Of a stretch of DNA of 64,000 nucleotides, positions 57,078-64,000 are shown piece by piece. The stretch is from contig DASCPX010000157.1 of NCBI GenBank assembly GCA_036012755.1, positions 1 through 64,000 of the forward strand, read 5' to 3'. The DNA comes from Myxococcota bacterium. GTDB lineage: Bacteria > Myxococcota_A > UBA796 > CAJQPC01. A program made the translations under genes and the position numbers. The notes under the pieces are model-generated. The model was not told the DNA's origin. It worked only from the letters and a program-made list of their open reading frames with translations, and searched no databases. Within the stretch, counting starts at the first letter, position 1; each line of letters begins with the position of its first letter.

Positions 57078-58379
57078 CTAGCAGCTACCCTCGACGGGGT
57101 ACTGCGCGATGATGGTGCTGCCTGGGCCAGGGATGGCGTCGCCGCTGAAGGTGATGCAGTTGTCGGTGACGTCGTAGATCCAGCCGTCCGTGTAGTCGTA
57201 TGTGATCTCCACGCCGTCGACGGTCACCGTCATCTGGCCGATGTTGCTGGGCACCTGGTCGAGGCAGAACTCGTACTCCATGCCCGCGGCCGTCAGCGAG
57301 AGGTGCTGGAGCGCTTTGTCCCACTCATCAGCGCAGATGGACTCGTGGATACCACCAGTGCGCTCGGTGGCGTCGACGTAGAGCGGCGCCGGGGCCGCAT
57401 CCACGCCGTTGGTCCAGTCGAAGCAGGGGCCGTCCGCCGGACCCGAGATGGCCGAGAAGGTCGCCATCTCCTGGGCGGGCTTCAGCGCGTTGAACCACGT
57501 GGAGAATGCGCTGCTGTTGAGTCCGTCCGTGTCGTCGTCCTCGTCCGTGACGATGATGGCGGCTAGCGAGGCGTCCTCGCGGATGAAGTCGGTGTTCGTC
57601 GTGGTCAACAGCGGGTCGGTGAGGGCTGCCTCGCAGGCGCCGAAGCCCTGCTCCTTGCCGGAGCCGCTGGAGCCCTGGTCCACCTGCTGGGCGAACTCTG
57701 CCTCGGCGTCGCTGGTGTCCTCTGTGATGACGGAGCCCATGAACTTGCCGGACTGGGCCGGGTTGTCCATGTCGGTCGTCACGACGGCGATGTGGTAGTC
57801 GAGCCCGAGGTCGACGAACTCGCCCATGAAGGTGCCGAAGTTCGCGTTCACCGCTGCCAGGGCGCCGGACATCGAGCAGCTGTTGTCGACGATCCAGAGG
57901 ACGTCGACCTCCTGGAAGAACTCCTGCTCCCACTGCTGCTCGTACATGGCGTCCTCGGCGCCTCGTCCGTCGACATCGACACCCACCTCGGCTTCGTCCG
58001 GATCGTTGCTGGTGACGACCACGTCGGCGCTGTACTCGACCCAGGCGGCGGGTGTGAAGTCCACCTCGAAGGTCGCCTCTTCGCCCGGGGCGAGGACGAA
58101 GCTGGTGGTGTCGGCGTAGAGCGTGAAGGCGCTGTAGCCGTCGCCTGCGAGCTGGATGTCGTGGACGTCGAGGTCCGAGCCACCGACGTTGGTGATCGTC
58201 ACCGTCTCCTTCGGAGTCGGGCAGTCCTTCAGCGCGCCGCCGAAGTCCAGCGACAGCGGCTCGACCTCGATGTCGGGGTCGTTCGGATCGGACCAGGTCC
58301 CAGTGTCGGTCGGATCGTCGACGTCGTTGGGCCGGTTGAGGTCGTAGTCGCTACAGGCAAACGTCAGCGCAAGAAGCAC
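57078..58379 (-). CDS. Lipoprotein with Ig-like (choice-of-anchor D) and vWA domains
   Basis: MLLALTFAC; LDFG..VTITNVG..VTSNDPD; MIDAS-like DVLWIVDNSCSM; VTDEDD. Confidence 0.82.
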   Translation of the reverse strand: MLLALTFACSDYDLNRPNDVDDPTDTGTWSDPNDPDIEVEPLSLDFGGALKDCPTPKETVTITNVGGSDLDVHDIQLAGDGYSAFTLYADTTSFVLAPGEEATFEVDFTPAAWVEYSADVVVTSNDPDEAEVGVDVDGRGAEDAMYEQQWEQEFFQEVDVLWIVDNSCSMSGALAAVNANFGTFMGEFVDLGLDYHIAVVTTDMDNPAQSGKFMGSVITEDTSDAEAEFAQQVDQGSSGSGKEQGFGACEAALTDPLLTTTNTDFIREDASLAAIIVTDEDDDTDGLNSSAFSTWFNALKPAQEMATFSAISGPADGPCFDWTNGVDAAPAPLYVDATERTGGIHESICADEWDKALQHLSLTAAGMEYEFCLDQVPSNIGQMTVTVDGVEITYDYTDGWIYDVTDNCITFSGDAIPGPGSTIIAQYPVEGSC

Positions 58380-58443
58380 GGGGACCTCCTAGCTCTCGGT
58401 GCGCGAGCGGATGGACTTATAGCAGAGGAAGGCCCGGGTCCAG

Positions 58444-60828
58444 CTACCACCCCGAGCGGCGCAGGAGCGCCTTCACCCGCAACAGCAGCTCCTCGGGGTC
58501 GAAGGGCTTCGGCAGGTAGTCGTCTGCGCCTGCGTAGAAGCCCTTCTTGACGTGGGCGGTCTCACCTCGGGCCGAGAGCATCAGGACGGGGATGTTCTCC
58601 GTCTCGGGCTTGGACTTCAGCCAGGTGCAGACCTCGTAGCCGGTCTTCCGAGGCATCATCACGTCCAGCACGATGATGTCCGGGGCCTGCGCGCTGATGG
58701 CCTCGATGGCCTCGACGCCGTCTCCCGCCGTGCGGATGTCGCAGTCGTCCTCCAGCGTCAGCCCGACCAGCTGCAGGATCTCCTTGGCGTCGTCGACGAT
58801 GAGGGCCGCCGGTCTCCCCGTCTTCTTCACCGGCTCGGGGATCTCGATGTCTGCCAGGGGCGGGAGCTCGGGGGCGTCCGTGGGGTCGGTGCCGGGCACC
58901 TCGGTGGGCGCCTCCTCCTCCACTGCCTCCGGTGCCGCCACAGGGGTGCTCCCCGGGGCCTTCTTGACGGCGACGATCTCGACGTCGTCGAAGACACCTT
59001 CGGGATCCTCGGCGAAGATCCCCTCGTCCATGCTGGCCTCCTCGAAGACGCCGCTGGCTTCCCAGGCGCCGTGGAGGTTGCGGACGACGTGCTGGAGGAC
59101 GGTCTTGGGGTAGTCGGTGGTCGGCACGACTCGAGCGACCTCCTCCAGCGTCGTCCAGCCCTCTCGGACCTTGAGGATGGCGTCCTCGAGCAGGGTCTTC
59201 AGGCCGTCTTCGATGGCCTGGTCCCACAGCTCGCGCTCGGTGGCCCCTTCCTGGACCTTGTTGCCGAGCTCGCGGGTGAAGGGCATCAGCTCGAAGCAGC
59301 CGAAGCGTCCGGCGTAGCCCATGTACTGACAGGTCGGGCAGCCCGGTCCGGCGAAGCGCGCCCCTTTACCGAGCTCGATCTCAGGCAGCCCGAGGCGCTC
59401 CCACTCCTCTGGGATCGGCGTCTGGTGCACGGAGCAGTCCGGGCACACCCGGCGCAGCAGGCGCTGGCTCACGACGCCGGTCATCGCGTCAGCGAGGAGG
59501 TAGGGAGCGACGCGAAGGTCGAGCAGGCGGGTGATCGCAGCCACCGAGTTCGAGGTGTGGAGGGTCGAGAGCACGAGGTGTCCGGTCCCCGCTGCGTCGA
59601 TGGCGGCGGCGGCGGTCTCCGGGTCCCGGATCTCGCCGATGACCACGACGTTGGGGTCCTGCCGGAGCATGGCCTTGACCGATGACGCGAAGGTGATGCC
59701 AGCCCTCTCGTTCACCTGGACCTGTGTGAGCCCGGCCAGCGTGTACTCGATCGGGTCTTCGATGGTGACGATCGAGGTGTTCTCGCTGTTGAGCCGGTGG
59801 ATCGAGGCGTAGAGCGTCGTCGACTTCCCCGAGCCGGTGGGTCCGACGACGAGCAGCATTCCACGCGGAGTCGCGAGCTGGCGGTACCACTTGGTCAGGG
59901 CGTGGGCCGGCCAGCCGAGCTCGGCCAGGTTCGCCTTGATCATCATGGGATCGAGGATTCGGATGACGACGTTCTCGCCGTACTGACTGGGCAGCGTCCC
60001 GACCCGGAGGTCGATGGGGCGTCCTCCGAGGCGAGCGCTGACCTTGCCGTCCTGGGGACGGCGCTTCTCGGCCACGTCCATCGAGGCGAGGACCTTGATG
60101 CGACCGGTGAGGGAGGACTGGGCCCAGGAGGGCAACAGGACGGTCTCCCTGAGGAGGCCGTCGATGCGGTAGCGAACTCGGATGCCCTTGGCCTGCGGCT
60201 CGAGATGGATGTCGGAGGCGCCCCGCTCGATGGCGTTGATGAGGAGGAAGTCGACCAGGTCCACGTAGACCTGCGAGTCCCCCCTCTTCAGGTGGTTCTG
60301 GATCTTGCCCGCGTCCAGCTGGAGGTAGGTCGGCGCCACCGTCAGCTGGCGCATCTCGGGCTTGACGTCCTTGAGCAGCCGGGAGGCGACCGCCTCGACG
60401 CTGTAGTGCCGCAGGATGGCCTGGTGGATCCGCTGAGGGCTGGCGACGACTTGCACGACGCGACCCTTGAGCGCGAACTCCAGGTCGCGGATGGCGTCAT
60501 GGTCCTGCGGGTCCGCCATCGCGACCAGCGTTCCCCCGGCCTGCTTGCGGATCGGGAAGACCATGCGGCGCTCGGCGATCGTCCGGTTGACCTGCCAGAC
60601 GCAGGCGGGGTCGACCTTCGTGTTCGTGGGGTCGATGTAGTCGAGGGACAGTTGCTCGGCGAGCGCCTCGGCGACGTCCTCTTCGGTCACGGCGCCGATG
60701 CGTACGAGCGCGACGCCCAGCTTGGTTTCGGGCTCCACGTTCTGGAGCTCGAGGGCCTGGTTGAGGAGGTCATCGAGCAAGCCCCGGCGGGCCTGCAGGA
60801 TCTCTCCGATCTTCTTCCTTCCAAGCAC
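58444..60828 (-). CDS. PilB/GspE-family ATPase fused to a C-terminal receiver domain
   Basis: MshEN-like N-terminus; ASDIHLEP, GPTGSGKST, TIEDPIE, GEIRD, GHLVLSTLH, CPDC/CPTC; REC IVDD, LDVMMP, LSA, KPF. Confidence 0.95.
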   Translation of the reverse strand: MLGRKKIGEILQARRGLLDDLLNQALELQNVEPETKLGVALVRIGAVTEEDVAEALAEQLSLDYIDPTNTKVDPACVWQVNRTIAERRMVFPIRKQAGGTLVAMADPQDHDAIRDLEFALKGRVVQVVASPQRIHQAILRHYSVEAVASRLLKDVKPEMRQLTVAPTYLQLDAGKIQNHLKRGDSQVYVDLVDFLLINAIERGASDIHLEPQAKGIRVRYRIDGLLRETVLLPSWAQSSLTGRIKVLASMDVAEKRRPQDGKVSARLGGRPIDLRVGTLPSQYGENVVIRILDPMMIKANLAELGWPAHALTKWYRQLATPRGMLLVVGPTGSGKSTTLYASIHRLNSENTSIVTIEDPIEYTLAGLTQVQVNERAGITFASSVKAMLRQDPNVVVIGEIRDPETAAAAIDAAGTGHLVLSTLHTSNSVAAITRLLDLRVAPYLLADAMTGVVSQRLLRRVCPDCSVHQTPIPEEWERLGLPEIELGKGARFAGPGCPTCQYMGYAGRFGCFELMPFTRELGNKVQEGATERELWDQAIEDGLKTLLEDAILKVREGWTTLEEVARVVPTTDYPKTVLQHVVRNLHGAWEASGVFEEASMDEGIFAEDPEGVFDDVEIVAVKKAPGSTPVAAPEAVEEEAPTEVPGTDPTDAPELPPLADIEIPEPVKKTGRPAALIVDDAKEILQLVGLTLEDDCDIRTAGDGVEAIEAISAQAPDIIVLDVMMPRKTGYEVCTWLKSKPETENIPVLMLSARGETAHVKKGFYAGADDYLPKPFDPEELLLRVKALLRRSGW

Positions 60829-60837
60829 TGGCTCTCC

Positions 60838-62238
60838 TCAGGCCGAAGCCGTCACGCCGAGTGGGAAGCGCAGGGTGAACGTGCTCCCTGTGCCCACCTC
60901 TGAACGTACCTCTATCGTGCCGTTCATGGCCGTGGTCAGTTGGTCCACGATGTAGAGGCCGAGTCCCGCACCGCCGGAGCGGCGCGTGTCACCGCGTTCG
61001 ACCTGGTAGAACTTCTGGAACAGCCGGTCCACGCTGTCTTCCGGGATGCCTCTACCGGTGTCCTCGATCGCGACCAGGGCGTGTCCGTCCTTCTCCGAGG
61101 CGCGGATGGTCACGGTCCCGCCGGGCTCGGTGAACTTCAACGCGTTTCGCACGAGGTTGCCGAGGATCTGCTGAAGCCGCATCGGGTCGGCCTGCAGCTG
61201 GCTCCCGCTTCGGAGTGTGCAGTCCAGTTCGAGCTTGACGCGCCGCCTGAGCGCCTCGCCGGAGAAGGCAGAGTGGGCGTCCTCGAGCTGTCCCGGGAGG
61301 TCCGTGGGCACCACGTCGAGGGCCAGGTTCCCGCCCTCCAACCTGGTGGCGTCGAGCAGATCCTGCACCATGCGGTAGAGCACGTCGGACTGATCCCGGC
61401 TGCGCTGGAGCAGGTCTGCCTGCTTGGGCGTCAGGTCGCCCCCCTTGCCCATCATCAACAGGCGGATGTAGCCCTGGATCACCGTCAGCGGTGTCTTCAG
61501 CTCGTGCGTGACGACCGACAGGAACTCCTGCTTGATGTTGTTGATCTCGACAGCCTCCGTGACGTCGCGGATCACGACCACCCATCCACGCGCCAGCGGC
61601 TGGGTGCGCAAGACCAGGTGGAGCGGCTCTCCATCGAGGTCGAAGTCGAGGTTTGCCCGCTTGGACTCCCCCGCGAACAGCGCGCTGTCGACACCGAGGA
61701 CCTGATCGAGCAACGCGCCCTTGCGCAGCTGACCGAGCCCCGCCACACCTAGGAGATGCTCCGCTGCGGGATTCCAGCTGTCCACCTGGCGCTCCCCGTC
61801 AGCCATCAGGACACCGTCGCTCAGCGCGTCGAGCATCGCCGTGACGGTCTCGTTGTGGGTGTCGAGCTCCCCAATGAGGTCCACGAGGCTCCAGCGCATC
61901 GTCTCGAGCGACTTGCCCAGGTCAACGAACTCCGCGGCGGCGTCTGGAATGGGGATTGGTCGATCCAGCTCGCCAGCCGCGACGCGGCGGGCCGCGTTCC
62001 CCACCTCCTCGAGAGGTGCGCTGAGGGCCTTCTGGAGTCGAAACGCGCTGGCGACGGTCACGACGGTGGAGGCGATCACCCAGCTGACGAGCCCGGCGAG
62101 CAGCAGCGTCTTGCTTCCGGCCTCGAGCTCGCCGGTAGCCAGGATCAGCACCAGGCCCAGGAGCACGATCCCGTTGAGCGCGGACAACAGCAAGAGCAGG
62201 CTGATCTGGAAGCGGATCCCGCGCGTCTTCCGTGCCAT
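60838..62238 (-). CDS. Membrane sensor histidine kinase (2TM-HAMP-PAS-like-HisKA-HATPase)
   Basis: THELKTPL, NLVRNALKF, DTGRGI, GAGLGL, GSTF. Confidence 0.95.
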   Translation of the reverse strand: MARKTRGIRFQISLLLLLSALNGIVLLGLVLILATGELEAGSKTLLLAGLVSWVIASTVVTVASAFRLQKALSAPLEEVGNAARRVAAGELDRPIPIPDAAAEFVDLGKSLETMRWSLVDLIGELDTHNETVTAMLDALSDGVLMADGERQVDSWNPAAEHLLGVAGLGQLRKGALLDQVLGVDSALFAGESKRANLDFDLDGEPLHLVLRTQPLARGWVVVIRDVTEAVEINNIKQEFLSVVTHELKTPLTVIQGYIRLLMMGKGGDLTPKQADLLQRSRDQSDVLYRMVQDLLDATRLEGGNLALDVVPTDLPGQLEDAHSAFSGEALRRRVKLELDCTLRSGSQLQADPMRLQQILGNLVRNALKFTEPGGTVTIRASEKDGHALVAIEDTGRGIPEDSVDRLFQKFYQVERGDTRRSGGAGLGLYIVDQLTTAMNGTIEVRSEVGTGSTFTLRFPLGVTASA

Positions 62239-62334
62239 GCGCGGATGCTTGCACAACAGCTGCTCGGCAAGGCGGCGGCGGTGTCACCTCGCCGCCCGGC
62301 CGGCCTGGAATCGTGAGCGCACCAGGAGGTCCAG

Positions 62335-63537
62335 ATGCGTCGATTCCACCCGAGCCTGGCGCTCGCATGTGGCGCCGCCCTCGCGCTCGCCGTCGCCCCC
62401 ACTCTCGCGCCGGCCGGTCTCGGGCTGAACGATGAGCGCCCCCCACCGCCCAGGCGCGTGACCGTCGGTGACCTGCGGATCCGAGCCACCCTGGACCACG
62501 GGGTGCTGGCCGGCCCAGAGGAGCGCTACCTGGTGGTCGAGGTCCTCGGCCTCGAGCCAGATGTGCGCGACGCGCTGGACATCGTGTTGGCGATCGATCG
62601 CAGCGGCAGCATGTCCGGTGAGCGGCTCAGCGGCGCCAAGACCGCCGGCGCGATGCTCGCGAGCTCCCTCGCCGGTGATGACCGCATCGGGGTGGTCAGC
62701 TTCGGATCCGGGGCCCGTCGGGAGGTCGAGATGACCAATGGCTACTCCGTCGTCAGGTCCGAGATCTGGGACATCGAGGCCGGAGGCAACACCGCGCTCT
62801 TCTCGGGTCTGCAGATGGCTGGCGGCCTGCTCCCCGATGGACGAGGTCCGCGTCGGGTCATCCTGCTCTCCGATGGGGCGGCGAACGTCGGCCCGGCCAC
62901 GCCGGAGGCCCTCGCCGACGAAGCCGCTCGCCTCGCGGAGCTGGGGATCAGCACCTCGGCCATCGGCCTGGGCACCGGCATCGATCACACCGCGCTCATG
63001 GCCATCGCTGACGCGGGCGGAGGCCGCTACCACTACCTCTCTGACGACGAGGGACTCGACGCCGCCTTCCTCGACGAGCTGGAGAGGCTCCACACGATCA
63101 GCGCGTCGGGGGTCGAGGTCGACCTGGACCTTGGCGAAGGTGTCGAGATCGTTCAGGTCTACGGCTACGAGGAGTTCGATGGCAGGGCCACGCGCGCCGG
63201 GTGGAGTGCGCGCATCGGCGACGTCAGCTCCGGCGAGACCCGCAAGATCGTCGCTCGCGTCCGAGTCTCTGCGGAGGCCACGGAGAGCATCGCGAAGGTG
63301 CGGGTGCGCTGGCACGACGGCGAGTCCCAGGCGGTCTGGCTCCCGGTCAGAGCCCAGCGTGGAGACGAGGAGGAGGCTGCTGGTTCGGTCGTCGGATGGG
63401 CGGTCAGTCACCGTGACCGGGCCCTCGCAGGCCTGGAGATGATGGCCAGGAGCGAGGTGCTCCGCTTTGGAGCCGATCAGCAGGAGCTCGACCTCGCGAA
63501 TCGCCAGACCCTGGAGGCCCTCGGCTACCTCGAGTGA
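62335..63537 (+). CDS. Exported vWA domain protein
   Basis: IDRSGSMSG, GGNTAL, LLSDGAANVG, IADAGGGRY. Confidence 0.9.
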   Translation: MRRFHPSLALACGAALALAVAPTLAPAGLGLNDERPPPPRRVTVGDLRIRATLDHGVLAGPEERYLVVEVLGLEPDVRDALDIVLAIDRSGSMSGERLSGAKTAGAMLASSLAGDDRIGVVSFGSGARREVEMTNGYSVVRSEIWDIEAGGNTALFSGLQMAGGLLPDGRGPRRVILLSDGAANVGPATPEALADEAARLAELGISTSAIGLGTGIDHTALMAIADAGGGRYHYLSDDEGLDAAFLDELERLHTISASGVEVDLDLGEGVEIVQVYGYEEFDGRATRAGWSARIGDVSSGETRKIVARVRVSAEATESIAKVRVRWHDGESQAVWLPVRAQRGDEEEAAGSVVGWAVSHRDRALAGLEMMARSEVLRFGADQQELDLANRQTLEALGYLE

Positions 63538-63628
63538 CGACCAGGACAGCCTTCGGGTCTCGTCCTACGGCAACGCGATAGGATGTGCGGCCCCCAATCG
63601 AGGCAGCCCTGTGCCGGATCCGAAGGAG

Positions 63629-64000
63629 ATGGACGCCCTCGTCGAGGCCATCGCGGCCCGCGTCAGAGAGCGCATGCAGCAACAGACAGTGCCCCCGCTG
63701 CCGGTCCTTCGCGGGACCTGGCAGGACGAGTCGGCCCTGAAGCAGTGGACCAGGAGGGTCGTCGATCGGCTCGGCAGCAACGGCACGGTCGAGGGGGAGC
63801 CCAAGCCCGAGCTCGCGCGGATGATCGACCACACGATGCTCAAGCCCGACGCTACGCGGGCGGACATCGAGCGCGTCTGCCGCGAGGCCGCCGAGTACGG
63901 CTTCGCCTCCGTCTGCATCAACACGACCTGGCTCCCGCTCGCCGTACAGATGCTGCGTGGGACCCGGGTCATGCCGATCTGTGTCGTTGGCTTCCCGCTC
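63629..64000 (+). CDS. deoC: Deoxyribose-phosphate aldolase (runs off window) with N-terminal extension
   Basis: AAGGAG RBS; MIDHTMLKPDAT, FASVCIN, CVVGFPL. Confidence 0.92.
   Translation, partial: MDALVEAIAARVRERMQQQTVPPLPVLRGTWQDESALKQWTRRVVDRLGSNGTVEGEPKPELARMIDHTMLKPDATRADIERVCREAAEYGFASVCINTTWLPLAVQMLRGTRVMPICVVGFPL

Overview
High-GC bacterial chromosome segment, probably from a Myxococcota/deltaproteobacterial lineage (inferred from gene style and content, not from a database search). It is mostly core and envelope genes: tRNA-Val(CAC), cysC, ssb-dNK-panB-panC, leuA/leuB-like genes, a five-gene mevalonate operon, an Opp/Dpp ABC transporter, two B12-binding radical SAM enzymes, rho-like/rpmE/prfA/prmC, an HDOD-GGDEF cyclase, a Flp pilin, murJ, a histidine kinase plus PilB/GspE-receiver fusion, and the start of deoC. 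No CRISPR array, integrase, transposase or reverse transcriptase was seen. Most notable: (1) the gene in the canonical rho position keeps its RNA-binding domain but has lost most ATPase catalytic residues; (2) a kinase is coupled to a pilus/secretion ATPase carrying its own receiver domain; (3) several exported proteins have ultra-short 9-13 aa signal peptides; (4) DeoC has a microcompartment encapsulation-peptide-like N-terminus; (5) decay scars: a duplicated tRNA 3' end, a symporter/glycosidase deletion fusion, and a headless four-helix-bundle gene next to short repeats. All calls come from manual motif reading.
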